64,000 bases of DNA from assembly GCA_032128875.1 (NCBI GenBank), contig JAVLKG010000003.1:641008-705007 (forward strand), in the 5' to 3' direction. Below the pieces are notes generated by a model. The model saw only the letters and a program-made list of their open reading frames with translations, was not told where the DNA came from and made no database searches. Both the position numbers and the translations under genes were made by a program. The first letter of the stretch is position 1. Each line of letters begins with the position of its first letter. Source of the stretch: Candidatus Melainabacteria bacterium 17Bon1m (lineage in GTDB: Bacteria > Cyanobacteriota > Vampirovibrionia > Obscuribacterales > Obscuribacteraceae). Below are positions 52,760 through 62,874 of this stretch, one piece after another.

Positions 52760-53218
52760 ATGAAGGTCAAGCAATATGGGTTGATATTTTTCGGAGCCTT
52801 ATTGATAGGCTCGTTATCCGGATGCAGCGAGCAAACCGAGCGATTAGGCCATAGCCACCACGAGACCGGATATGTTTCGTGGGGAATCGATGAATTTGAG
52901 CTGTTTGGGTTGACTAAGGAAGAGGTAGCAGAGAAGTTCAAAGGGCGGTTGTCGCTGTCTGAAGAGGATACGGCGGTAACCTTTGATGATGGACACTGTG
53001 GGCATTTCCACCTTTCATTCAACAAGGATAAGAGGATTGATGGTGTTCAGCGCGTTTTCATAGACGGCGCTGGTTGCGAGATTTTTGGTCCTTACCTGGG
53101 TTCAAAGAGATCTGCGCTCGAATTCTCGATAAATGGTTTGACTCAGAATGAGCATTTGGACAAAGACGATACGACCAAGCTGGCAACAGCGCGCAAACTC
53201 TTGGAAGAATCAAATTAG
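52760..53218 (+). CDS. Hypothetical lipoprotein
   Basis: Lipobox LSGC. Confidence 0.7.
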   Translation: MKVKQYGLIFFGALLIGSLSGCSEQTERLGHSHHETGYVSWGIDEFELFGLTKEEVAEKFKGRLSLSEEDTAVTFDDGHCGHFHLSFNKDKRIDGVQRVFIDGAGCEIFGPYLGSKRSALEFSINGLTQNEHLDKDDTTKLATARKLLEESN

Positions 53219-53269
53219 GTTAGTTCCGAGGGCTATTGATACACGGTTTCTTACCGCATCTGACTTTTC

Positions 53270-53389
53270 GAACGAGTGCGTCCCCGGCGCTAAAAGTTTT
53301 CCTTGAAGCATGACGGACAGAAAGAAAAGGCACGAAATGCTCGCAAAGAAAATTGCCGTGTAGAGATGCGATCTCTTCCGAAATTTCGC
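53270..53389 (-). pseudogene. Frameshifted 5' remnant of a YfhO-family paralog
   Basis: DNA and peptide similarity to 51765-51885; 1-nt deletion; no in-frame start. Confidence 0.8.
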
Positions 53390-53558
53390 ACCTAGTGAAT
53401 TTCGGTCTGAATTTGCAAATTATCATTCTGCTGACGATTGAAAACGTCCAATTCAGCGGTAGACTTTTGAAATGCGCAATGTAAATTTTATACCAGGCGT
53501 GTTTTTTTGTACTCCGCCTGACGCCACTGCATTCAGTGGCGAATACGCTGGCAATTAG

Positions 53559-54953
53559 ATGATCCGGAGTTTTTTAGTGAAAACAAATTTGCGCACGGTT
53601 GCTCTTCTCACTTCACTGTTGGCGGTACTGAACAGCTTTCCACTTAAAAGTCCGGCTGCTGATGCTACTTTTAGCGGGCAGTACACTGAGCTGACCAAAA
53701 AGATATTACTGCAGGGTATCGAGCTTGAGAGATTTAGTTTGAATTACCGTAAGGAGGTTGCAAAACCCCCACGTTTCAGGACCCTACGCTACCTGGGAGC
53801 GCAAGAAGGCGCCGCTAGCTGCTTGTTGGCTTTTGAAATTGGAGCAATGAAGCAATTTGACAATGGTAGACGTAATCCTCTTACACTTGATACGGCTAAA
53901 TTATCCAATGCTCTCAATGCCGCACTTACGGGATCGATTATTGGGGCATCGTCATCGACATTCGAACTATCATCAAATGTGCTTCATTCATTTAAGAATG
54001 GACGCCGAGGATTCGACTCTCGTTCAGCCAATAGATTTGTCTCATCCCACCTCAAGGAAGTCGATAAGCTACTCTCACAACGCGCTGCACTTGTGGATGC
54101 CAATCAGGGCGATCCTGCATATTCTCGTATGGTTGCCGAAGGGCGAGTATTGCAGCAAATGCGTAATTCTTTCGTGAATGAGTATTCGCAATTCAATATC
54201 GATGCAAATCGTTTTTTGGCTCTTCAAAATTCCTTTTTCTTGCTGAATACTGCTTACAACACATTGGGAGCGGTTGGGGCCGGACTTGGTAAACAAGGTA
54301 TTACAAAACCTGCAGCGAATGGACCGTCCAATATACTTTTCATTGTTTCCGGTGCCATTGCTGGCGCTACTCCGACGCTCAGCTACTTGAGCGGCAAATT
54401 GGCGGAGCATCGCTCAAGGCGCGCCTTAGCCCGTGAGATAGGCAGCGATCATATTTTCGATCCTGAGTCGTTTGCCAAAGCTTGCGCGGAATTGCACAAT
54501 TTAAGCGGGGCGGAGCCGGGAAGCTTGATCCCGTCCTTGCCGCAGACGGAAAGGTTTGCTCTCTACAGTGAGTCAAGCAGTCGTTTTCAAAAGCAACTCG
54601 ACAATGAAACCACCATGGTTCGCCGCATTGATAAGGTCGCCTTGGGAAATGCCTTTGCCGGTCCTGCCATCGGTGGTCTTTTAATGACTCAAGGTGTGAT
54701 AGGAACCTTTGGTTACTATCATTATGGAGCCAGTCGCCTCCACCGTCTCAGAAAAGAATTCGATCAGCTCTACAAAGGAACGCTAGTTGGTACTGTAGGC
54801 GCAGGCATGAATGTAGTGGGAAACGCAGCATTCCTGCTCGGGACGCTTGCTTATGAACACAAGCTATCCAAGGAAAAGAGGTTGCCCGCACAGTTAATAG
54901 CCGAGCGCCTTAATTATTTAGATGAAGTTGAGAAAACCGTGAAGTCTATGTGA
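53559..54953 (+). CDS. Hypothetical exported/membrane protein with Gly/Ala-rich helices
   Basis: 464 aa ORF with signal-like N-terminus. Confidence 0.75.
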   Translation: MIRSFLVKTNLRTVALLTSLLAVLNSFPLKSPAADATFSGQYTELTKKILLQGIELERFSLNYRKEVAKPPRFRTLRYLGAQEGAASCLLAFEIGAMKQFDNGRRNPLTLDTAKLSNALNAALTGSIIGASSSTFELSSNVLHSFKNGRRGFDSRSANRFVSSHLKEVDKLLSQRAALVDANQGDPAYSRMVAEGRVLQQMRNSFVNEYSQFNIDANRFLALQNSFFLLNTAYNTLGAVGAGLGKQGITKPAANGPSNILFIVSGAIAGATPTLSYLSGKLAEHRSRRALAREIGSDHIFDPESFAKACAELHNLSGAEPGSLIPSLPQTERFALYSESSSRFQKQLDNETTMVRRIDKVALGNAFAGPAIGGLLMTQGVIGTFGYYHYGASRLHRLRKEFDQLYKGTLVGTVGAGMNVVGNAAFLLGTLAYEHKLSKEKRLPAQLIAERLNYLDEVEKTVKSM

Positions 54954-54982
54954 GTAGCGCAGCGCTTGGCGCGCCTGGCACT

Positions 54983-57493
54983 TTATTCACTAGCTTGGTT
55001 GTTGCGTTGCCCCTTCGTTTCGAGAGTCTTGATGTCTTCCGGCGTGAGCGGCGGAGGCGGGTCGAGGTTAAGTGTGATTTTGTTCAGTTTGCCGGTAAAA
55101 CAAAATGGTGTCTGATAGTCTTCGTCGGCAACTGGAGTGCCGGTATCAGAGCCGATATCGAAATTCTCGTCCCACTGAAGAATGATAGGCAAGGTATTCG
55201 GCATCTTCTTGCGGGCAACCTCTTTCCCGTCTACCATGAGAATACCGGTGCCACTACGACCAATACCACTGAGATTGTTGTAGGCGAGGGTTTGCGCACC
55301 CAGTCCATCATATTTGAACTGGAATTCCAGTAAGTGTTTGCCGGGCTTCAGCGCCTCAGAGCCCTCCCACTTTACGTGATCGAGTCCAACCATATTCCAG
55401 CAGAAAACCGGTTTGCTCTTTAATACATAGAAGCCATAGCCGGCAAAACGTCCTCCGCAAGTCAAAAGCATTCCGTCCGCTCCGTTTTCGGGAATGTCTA
55501 TGTCTGCTAAGAGTTTGTATGACGTATTGAGCAGTGACGGCGCATCGCCCAGAGGAATACCGGTCTGAGGCCTGGTGTAGATAAACTCGCGCCTGCCGGC
55601 AGTTATATTCGGTTTAGCGCTGGCAATTCTTGTTGCGCAGCTAGCATCAAGAGGCAGAACTTGATACTTTTTCGCTTCTTCCAAGAACATTCGCTTGAGT
55701 TCATCTAGCTTTGCCTTATTTGACTCGGCGAGATTATTGCACTGAGTTGGATCTTTGGTTAGATCATAGAGTTCCCATGTTACGTTGTTCAATGGATCTG
55801 TATTTACGGGTCCTGATGTAATCCATGGTGGACGTACAACTTTAGTCGAAGCAATCCAACCATCGTGATACAGTGCATGGTCACCCATCATCTCGAAGTA
55901 CTGCGTCTTATGTTTTGAAGGCGCGGTGCTTTCGTCGAAGGTATAAACGAAACTGGTGCCTTCGATTGGCTTTTGGTCTATTCCGTCTACACTTTCAGGT
56001 GCATTTATACGTGTTGCTTCCAGTATCGAAGGCATTACATCGATCACGTGATGAAACTGATTGCGAATACCGCCCTGCTCCTTTATACGGTCAGGCCAAG
56101 AAACGCACATTCCCTGGGTGGTGCCACCGAGGTGGGAAGCAATTTGTTTCGTCCATGAGAAAGGAGTGTCGAATGCCCATGTCCAGCCCACTGCCATATG
56201 ATTATAGGTGCGGTCGGTTCCCCACGCATCGTAAAAGTTCTTGAGTTGGGATTCAACCGGGACATCAACGCCGTTAAACATTGCAACTTCGTTTGGAGTG
56301 CCTGTCGGAGTGCCCTCAGCGCTGGAGCCATTATCACCACTCACGTAAATGCAAAGCGTGTTATTCCACTTGCCCATGTCCTTAACGGCTTGAATTACGC
56401 GACCGATCTCGTGATCGGTGTAGGCAAGGTAGGCTGCGTAGACATCAGCTTGGCGAATGAACATCTTCTTTTCGTCAGCGCTCAGGCTAGACCAGTTCTT
56501 CAGTAAATCTTTGGGCCATGGCGTCAGTTGCGCCTGTTTTGAAATTATGCCCAGGCGTTTTTGATTGGCGAAGATTTGGTTGCGCAGTTCATTCCAACCC
56601 TTGTCGAACAAGTGCATGTCGCTAATTTTTTTTGTCCACTCAGGAGTAGGGTGATGTGGTGCATGCGTGCCGCCCGGAACGTAATAGCAGAAGAATGGCT
56701 TGCTTGGTTCAATTTGATTGATTTGATTGAGCCAGCCGATTGCCTCGTCCGCTTGGGCGGTTGTTAGATTCCAGCTCTTCTGTCCTATATAAGGATAGAT
56801 TGGGCTCGTATTGCGGAATAGGTTTGGTTGCCACTGGCTGGTGTCTCCACCAATAAAACCGTAGAAGTATTCAAAACCCATTCCATTCGGCCAGAGATCA
56901 AACGGACCGGCTTGACTGGCTGCAAAAGACGGCGTGTTATGCGCTTTGCCGAACCATGAGGTGGAATAGCCGTTGTCTCTCAAAATTCGGCCGATTGTTG
57001 CTCCATCTTTTGGAATTAAGCTGTTGTATCCGGGGAAGCCGGTTGCTTGCTCGGACACAACGCCAAAACCCACCGAGTGATGATTGCGTCCAGTGATTAT
57101 TGCCGCTCGTGTTGGCGAGCATAATGCGGTCGAGTGAAAATTGGTGAATCGTAAACCGCTTTTTGCGACTTCATCCAGAGCGGGCGTTGGAATCACTCCA
57201 CCAAAAGTGCTTGGTGCGCCAAAACCGACATCATCAGTCATTATCAAGAGAATGTTGGGTGCGCCTTTGGGAGGAACAATGCGTGGAGCCCACCAGGATT
57301 TCGAATCCAGCGCATTATCCTTAATAGTGCCTGACCACACTGGGTCTGCAGCAGGCAGTCTTTTGCCTTCGATGGTAGTTCTAGCGCTTGGTGAGCCGAG
57401 TTCACCTGTCACTTGTTGCGCTAGAGCTCCAGAAGGAGAAATCAAAAGCCCGCTAGTTAAGAAACTGAGCAGACTCGCTTGCCACTTTTTCAC
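54983..57493 (-). CDS. Exported arylsulfatase with C-terminal LamG-like region
   Basis: DDVGFG, CSPTR formylglycine motif, GRNHH, HAPHH, GDNG. Confidence 0.93.
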   Translation of the reverse strand: MKKWQASLLSFLTSGLLISPSGALAQQVTGELGSPSARTTIEGKRLPAADPVWSGTIKDNALDSKSWWAPRIVPPKGAPNILLIMTDDVGFGAPSTFGGVIPTPALDEVAKSGLRFTNFHSTALCSPTRAAIITGRNHHSVGFGVVSEQATGFPGYNSLIPKDGATIGRILRDNGYSTSWFGKAHNTPSFAASQAGPFDLWPNGMGFEYFYGFIGGDTSQWQPNLFRNTSPIYPYIGQKSWNLTTAQADEAIGWLNQINQIEPSKPFFCYYVPGGTHAPHHPTPEWTKKISDMHLFDKGWNELRNQIFANQKRLGIISKQAQLTPWPKDLLKNWSSLSADEKKMFIRQADVYAAYLAYTDHEIGRVIQAVKDMGKWNNTLCIYVSGDNGSSAEGTPTGTPNEVAMFNGVDVPVESQLKNFYDAWGTDRTYNHMAVGWTWAFDTPFSWTKQIASHLGGTTQGMCVSWPDRIKEQGGIRNQFHHVIDVMPSILEATRINAPESVDGIDQKPIEGTSFVYTFDESTAPSKHKTQYFEMMGDHALYHDGWIASTKVVRPPWITSGPVNTDPLNNVTWELYDLTKDPTQCNNLAESNKAKLDELKRMFLEEAKKYQVLPLDASCATRIASAKPNITAGRREFIYTRPQTGIPLGDAPSLLNTSYKLLADIDIPENGADGMLLTCGGRFAGYGFYVLKSKPVFCWNMVGLDHVKWEGSEALKPGKHLLEFQFKYDGLGAQTLAYNNLSGIGRSGTGILMVDGKEVARKKMPNTLPIILQWDENFDIGSDTGTPVADEDYQTPFCFTGKLNKITLNLDPPPPLTPEDIKTLETKGQRNNQASE

Positions 57494-57571
57494 ATTTTCA
57501 CCCGAGGAAATCCAAACGGACCAATGATAAATCAGAAATTCAGCTTGAAAACGCCAACAGCGCCACCTTCT

Positions 57572-57601
57572 ACATTAATGTTTGATATCTAACATTAATG
57601 T
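57572..57601. promoter_or_regulatory. 30-bp near-perfect palindrome upstream of arylsulfatase
   Basis: ACATTAATGT-TTGATATCTA-ACATTAATGT. Confidence 0.65.
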
Positions 57602-57722
57602 CTGAGCCAGAGGCAAGACGTAATGTTTAAGCTTTCCGGTTCAAAAGCCAAAGAGTGAAAGTCTTTGGCACCATATTTAGTGGCGTCAGTCTTGTCTTTG
57701 AAGGTGGTTCTGGAATGCTTAG

Positions 57723-60700
57723 TTAGAAGCCGCCGAGGGCGGCTGCCGACGTTGCTTTTCCGGACCAGACTTCTCCGAGGCGTACAGGCTCAAGCATGTT
57801 TGCCTCGGGTGTCGGGCGTTTGAAATCGTATTTGAGAACGCTTGCTTTGGTTTTTCCATCAACAGAACCACTCACTACGAGGTGAGCACCTGTGGTCGTA
57901 CTTGTAGTTGCTACGTGTACGGCACCAGATTCGGTGAACGGATTGAAGCTGGAAGTCTCACGGAAAGGAGCATCCTTACCGCATCTGCATTGTCCCATGT
58001 ACACTGCAGGACCTTTGTCCAATGCAGAGCCGCTCGAGAATACTTTTACGGTTCCACTGCCCGCTAGTTGGCTAGCGATAATTGACTTCGCGCCACCAAG
58101 TGAGCCTGCGATCCATCCTGTGGTCAGTGAGACCCCACCCGAATAGTCTTTGCCGAATGGGAAGAAGCTCGTGTTGTTTTGAAGCGTATCTGCCGGATTC
58201 GTTTGACCTTTTCTGGCTTTTTCGTTTGGATAGAATAGGCTGTAGGCGAAAGTCTTGATTTCGGTTGGGGTGCCGGCGCCTGGTGCCGTAACGATGTCCT
58301 CGCGGCCGGTCACAAAATCGACCATACCAGCGGCAACACTGACACCGGACTTATCGTCGCCATAGGGCTTAAAGCTGGCGAACAAGGTGGGTCCGCTATT
58401 AGAACCGGCCAACGGAATATCGTAGACCTTCACTTCATCTGTGATGCCCGCTGGGGAGCCTACGATGAGGTTGTCTGACTGTGTTCCATCAATCTGTGCA
58501 GAAGCGACGGTCACACCTTCTCGTGCACTAGAGTCAAACGGCTTGAAGTGCGCAAGCTCTGTTCCGAAAATGCCTTTGCCTAGAATGGATGCTCCCGCGT
58601 AGGCGATTACTTCGGGCTCGTGATCTTTGCCGGAACCAACGAGTAAGTCGAGTATGCCGTCACCGTCTACATCGCCCATTGCGACATTGACATTGCCTTC
58701 GTAGAAGGGAAATGGAATTACGGAAGCGACAAGCCGATCATCTTCGCCGTCGTACACATGAATTTCAGTGGCTCTGCCGGGCGCACCAGGAATTGCTACC
58801 GCGTAAGTAGAAACTGCTGGTATCACGTTGATCGTCGACATCAGCCCGTTGTCTTCATGGTTGAGGCGATGGCAGTGCGTTACATAAGTACCGGTATATT
58901 CGTCGAACCGAGTACGGAACGAAAGAATACCTGGTGCGCTTACGTTCTCTTCCAAGTCAATTTTTGGTGCCGGTGCATTGGCATTGTCGACTGAAAAATT
59001 TTCTGGGCCAAAACGCGCACCGTTTGTCGGATCGTGATACTCAGTCACCTGAAAATCATTGACGTGCACATGAATAGGATGCTCGTCGTTGTTGTAGTTG
59101 ACGAAGTTCCATTCCTCGATCGAATTTAGTCGAGGCTGGATCAGCGAAGTATTGGGGAATGTTTGTCCATCGAATGCATACATGAATGCTTTCGGATCAT
59201 TCTTGTCTGCTAGCGAATTTAGAAATCCACCGTTCATCATAATCTTTCGCTTAACGTCCGGGGTCGCCTTGGAAAGATCAACATAAGATGTGTACGCACC
59301 AATCTTCTGACCTTCTACGAAAGCCGTAGTCACACCGCCTGGTTCCACCGCTTTTGCTCGCATAAGAACCTGCGTTGGAAATATGAAGAACCCATCAAAA
59401 TAGCTGATGTACTTCGGATCAATGCTCATCCTTCCCAACACAGCGGGAGGATTTTCGGTTCCATTACTGGTGTACATAACACCCGGGCTGCTGAGCGTTT
59501 TGGTCAGATCGTACTGTCCATTATTCACAGCAGTTTTTCCGAGATTGGGCATCTCCAAAATGAGCTCGCCTTCTGCCGGAATGGTCACCGCGATTGCAAA
59601 GCGTGTCGCCGGCGGAATCAGCAGACGCGTGCCATCGACTGTCCGCGGATAATGAACTGTTGAATAAGGGTTGCCATCTTGCCCAACAATGGCGATCTTA
59701 GGATGCCGCCCGGTCGCTGTCTCAGTTAGCTGCACATTCATATAGGCAAGGTCGCTTATATTTGCGAGTACCCATATTTCAGTTTGACCAGCCTTGCTTT
59801 TGATGACCGGCTGAAATTGACCATTCACTGTGTATTGCACGTCGCGCAGATAGTCGGGAAGTGTCGGATTCTCCGGCAGACTGCCAGCCTTTTTGTCATT
59901 TGGTGTGAAGCTCTGGAGATTGGTTGGGATGAGTGAAAACTGTCCCCTGTGATTGCGAACTGATAGCGGACCTTCATACCAGATGGTGGCAAATTTGGTG
60001 CCCTTCTTTGATTCGTTGAAATTGACCGGCATTTGCGAAGGGCGGTATTTACCACTTTCCAGTTCGCCCTTTTTCGGCGGAACTAGTGTGTTGAGCCACA
60101 TCGGCCACATCGTGTTGTTGAGGTCTGCAGAGCCGCCCGCGCGATCAAAAACAAAGTTGTATTGGAGCGCCATATTGCGGACAGGAATTTTATTGTCCGT
60201 GACAAGAGGAATGTTGCCATCCGTCTTTCCAACCGCAAGTAAGCCAGCGAGCCCACAATAAGTCTGCGGCGAAGTCAGCCCATGAAGATGGCAGTGGTAC
60301 CAGTACAGCCCCTGCGGCATGTTCTTCGGAATGTCGTAAGTGTAGGTGTTGGTCATGCCAGGCGGAATGTCCAACATGACATTGTCAGCGTTTCCTTTCG
60401 GACTGATGTGAGCTCCATGGATGTGGAGATTCATCGGAGACTCTTTCATCTGCGGCGGGGTCAGTGGAATCGGCTGACCCTCGGCTGTATATGATGGAAT
60501 GAAATAATCTTTGATCGTCAGATTTTTGAGTTCATTCTCAAAGTGGACGATCATCTTTTCGCCCGGATAAACCTTGAGCGTCGGTGCTGGATAAAGATTG
60601 GTGGCGGAATTGTGTCCGTCTGATGCGGTGCCTCTGATTACTTCATAACTGAAAAGAAGAAAGTTGTTGACCGGCTTGGCTACTGTGTCGAGCTTTGCTT

Positions 60701-60959
60701 GTCCTTGTCTTGCGGTGAGGCGAACTTCGAGGACACCATCCTTGCTCGCCAACACAACCGGCTCTTTAAGATCTTGACGAATAGAGATGTCTGATTTTTT
60801 GCCAGAAGTTGTTTTGACTGAATTTGTTTTGACAACCGGTTTCCCTAAAGCAGCTTCGCCAGACCAGGCAAACGACATACAAAGGGTTGTGACACTTAGA
60901 AGTAAGCTGTACACGCGAGCATTTGACATGAAGGGAAGTCCTTTGTGGGAGTTATGCAA
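57723..60959 (-). CDS. Exported multicopper oxidase with C-terminal FG-GAP-like repeats
   Basis: HIHG, WYHCHLHG, HPIHVH, HCHRLNHEDNGLM; GDVDGDG repeats; start uncertain. Confidence 0.92.
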   Translation of the reverse strand: MHNSHKGLPFMSNARVYSLLLSVTTLCMSFAWSGEAALGKPVVKTNSVKTTSGKKSDISIRQDLKEPVVLASKDGVLEVRLTARQGQAKLDTVAKPVNNFLLFSYEVIRGTASDGHNSATNLYPAPTLKVYPGEKMIVHFENELKNLTIKDYFIPSYTAEGQPIPLTPPQMKESPMNLHIHGAHISPKGNADNVMLDIPPGMTNTYTYDIPKNMPQGLYWYHCHLHGLTSPQTYCGLAGLLAVGKTDGNIPLVTDNKIPVRNMALQYNFVFDRAGGSADLNNTMWPMWLNTLVPPKKGELESGKYRPSQMPVNFNESKKGTKFATIWYEGPLSVRNHRGQFSLIPTNLQSFTPNDKKAGSLPENPTLPDYLRDVQYTVNGQFQPVIKSKAGQTEIWVLANISDLAYMNVQLTETATGRHPKIAIVGQDGNPYSTVHYPRTVDGTRLLIPPATRFAIAVTIPAEGELILEMPNLGKTAVNNGQYDLTKTLSSPGVMYTSNGTENPPAVLGRMSIDPKYISYFDGFFIFPTQVLMRAKAVEPGGVTTAFVEGQKIGAYTSYVDLSKATPDVKRKIMMNGGFLNSLADKNDPKAFMYAFDGQTFPNTSLIQPRLNSIEEWNFVNYNNDEHPIHVHVNDFQVTEYHDPTNGARFGPENFSVDNANAPAPKIDLEENVSAPGILSFRTRFDEYTGTYVTHCHRLNHEDNGLMSTINVIPAVSTYAVAIPGAPGRATEIHVYDGEDDRLVASVIPFPFYEGNVNVAMGDVDGDGILDLLVGSGKDHEPEVIAYAGASILGKGIFGTELAHFKPFDSSAREGVTVASAQIDGTQSDNLIVGSPAGITDEVKVYDIPLAGSNSGPTLFASFKPYGDDKSGVSVAAGMVDFVTGREDIVTAPGAGTPTEIKTFAYSLFYPNEKARKGQTNPADTLQNNTSFFPFGKDYSGGVSLTTGWIAGSLGGAKSIIASQLAGSGTVKVFSSGSALDKGPAVYMGQCRCGKDAPFRETSSFNPFTESGAVHVATTSTTTGAHLVVSGSVDGKTKASVLKYDFKRPTPEANMLEPVRLGEVWSGKATSAAALGGF

Positions 60960-61112
60960 TGTCTTCCTATGTTTTCTTCAGCACCGCTGATGGTGCGCTT
61001 CAGATTCAACGAGCAGCAGCAGAGCCGCGCTCCTTGTGGATGCTGTTCAGCACGAACAATTTGGAAATTATGCGGGGTCTAGCGATCATAGTTTGATTTC
61101 GACGGGTGCGGC

Positions 61113-61688
61113 TCAACGTCCCTCGCCTTTAACGAACACACTGATCGATACAATCGCACCCGTCTTGGAATCAACAGTAACTACTTTCTTGCCATCCTTG
61201 CCTACGACGCGAAAGTCAAAGACAAGCTTGCCTTCTGTTCCTGATTCCCATAGAAGAAGTTCCCAGGCCTCAACAGTGCCGGGGTATGCATTGAGTGCTT
61301 TTTCCTGGGTCTGCTCTCTGGTCAGCTTCGGTTCTTTCAATCTGGCAAGGTCTTTCTCGTTGGTGGTTTTGATTGTTTTGCCGTCTTTGCCAAGTGACTC
61401 AATCAAAATACCGATGTTGGTTTTCTTGCCTGTGTTTCCGTCCAACTCTACTTCGCTAATTCTTCCGTCTTTGCCTTTTATGTAATAAGCGTATTCAGGT
61501 ATGCCATCTTCAATCTGCAGATCCCAACAAAGTAATTTACCTGGGACCAATTTCAATGAAGCTTCCTTTGCCTTTTTCTCTGAAATTTTTGCTGTTACGG
61601 TTTTGCTGGTCTTGCCTTCATCGGCCGCAAACGTTGGACCACAACCGACGGCAATTGCCAAAGCCAAAAGCGAAGACAAAAATTTCAT
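61113..61688 (-). CDS. Exported tandem PepSY-domain protein
   Basis: Two units ending 'VELDGNTGK' and 'VTVDSKTGAI'; GGAGG SD. Confidence 0.8.
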   Translation of the reverse strand: MKFLSSLLALAIAVGCGPTFAADEGKTSKTVTAKISEKKAKEASLKLVPGKLLCWDLQIEDGIPEYAYYIKGKDGRISEVELDGNTGKKTNIGILIESLGKDGKTIKTTNEKDLARLKEPKLTREQTQEKALNAYPGTVEAWELLLWESGTEGKLVFDFRVVGKDGKKVVTVDSKTGAIVSISVFVKGEGR

Positions 61689-61837
61689 AGACCCTCCAGG
61701 AAAGTACAATCGGTGCGTGCCAAAGAAGACCATATTTTACATCAGATGGATGTGCATAAGCTGGCTACAAGATTTATTTCTGGTGGGTTAGTCTTCTGTT
61801 TGCGATAATGACGCAGACTCAACGTAAGGGACGAACA

Positions 61838-62860
61838 ATGAATCGAATGTTTTGTAAATTAGCTGTTTTTGGCATCATCGCGCTGAGATTCATTGCAACC
61901 GCTGAGCCCGCATGTGCCGGCAGCCAGTCTGGAAAGTTCACAAACTATCCCGTTCCGCAGGCGTCCCCGCACGGGATTGTTTACTTTGGCGCGGGCCCGT
62001 TGAAGGGCGTTTGGTTCACCAACTCTACCCGCGATGCAAAATCGGGAGCGGTAGAATTTTCGAGCAAAGGTGCAAAGACGACTTTCCATGCAACTCCTAC
62101 TGCGGCCGCTGTGGCTGGCTCGATCAACTTTTACTCAGGCAAAGAGCCGCTTTGGTTTACTGAAACTGGCGCCAACAAGATTGCAAGAATTGATGCATCA
62201 AGAAAGATCACCGAATTTGCAATCCCGACGGCAGGCAGCAAGCCATTTGATATCCAGCACGGCCCTGACGACGACTGCATGTGGTTTACGGAATCAGGAG
62301 CAGGCAAGATCGGGCGGATCGATTCAAACGGAAAGATTTCGGAGTTCACTGTTGGTAAGGCGGACGATGCACCAACATCTCTTATGGCTCAAGACGGAGT
62401 TATCTGGTTTACAGAAGTTGGCAGTGGACAGATTGGCCGTCTGACGACCTCCGGGGAGGTGAAACATTTCGCTGCTGGTAAAGGGCGACTCACCGGTGAC
62501 ATCACTAATAGCAACGACGGTGCCTTGTGGGCTCCCAAATTGTCGTCGGTCGTAAGGTTGAAAACCGACGGAACTCTTGATGAATTTCCGCTTCCTAATG
62601 TTGTCAACACAGGTGCGATTTTCGGACACGATGACGGTGTCTACATCGGAGCAATGAAGGCCGATGGGCAGGGAGCGATTCTCTCGATAGACGGCTCGGG
62701 CAAGGTGCATGAATACAATCTTCCTCGCAAGTATTTGATGCCGGCAGCAATGGCAATCAATCCCGATGGCGGCTTCTTCATGACGGTTAGCAGCAGCAGG
62801 CCCGGACAATCTGTGTCTATGATCTGGCGTTTGCAACTAGATCCTACGAAGAAAAAGTAG
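61838..62860 (+). CDS. Vgb (virginiamycin B lyase)-like beta-propeller, exported
   Basis: Repeats 'WFTE.GA.KIGRID..G.I.EF'. Confidence 0.85.
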   Translation: MNRMFCKLAVFGIIALRFIATAEPACAGSQSGKFTNYPVPQASPHGIVYFGAGPLKGVWFTNSTRDAKSGAVEFSSKGAKTTFHATPTAAAVAGSINFYSGKEPLWFTETGANKIARIDASRKITEFAIPTAGSKPFDIQHGPDDDCMWFTESGAGKIGRIDSNGKISEFTVGKADDAPTSLMAQDGVIWFTEVGSGQIGRLTTSGEVKHFAAGKGRLTGDITNSNDGALWAPKLSSVVRLKTDGTLDEFPLPNVVNTGAIFGHDDGVYIGAMKADGQGAILSIDGSGKVHEYNLPRKYLMPAAMAINPDGGFFMTVSSSRPGQSVSMIWRLQLDPTKKK

Positions 62861-62874
62861 CGTCACGCACCATT

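Noticed and set aside
53220-53426. 68-aa minus-strand ORF as a real gene
   Set aside because: Mostly an out-of-frame reading of the YfhO-like remnant
61838-62860. True streptogramin B resistance lyase
   Set aside because: Has a signal peptide and only generic propeller repeats; catalytic residues not confirmed
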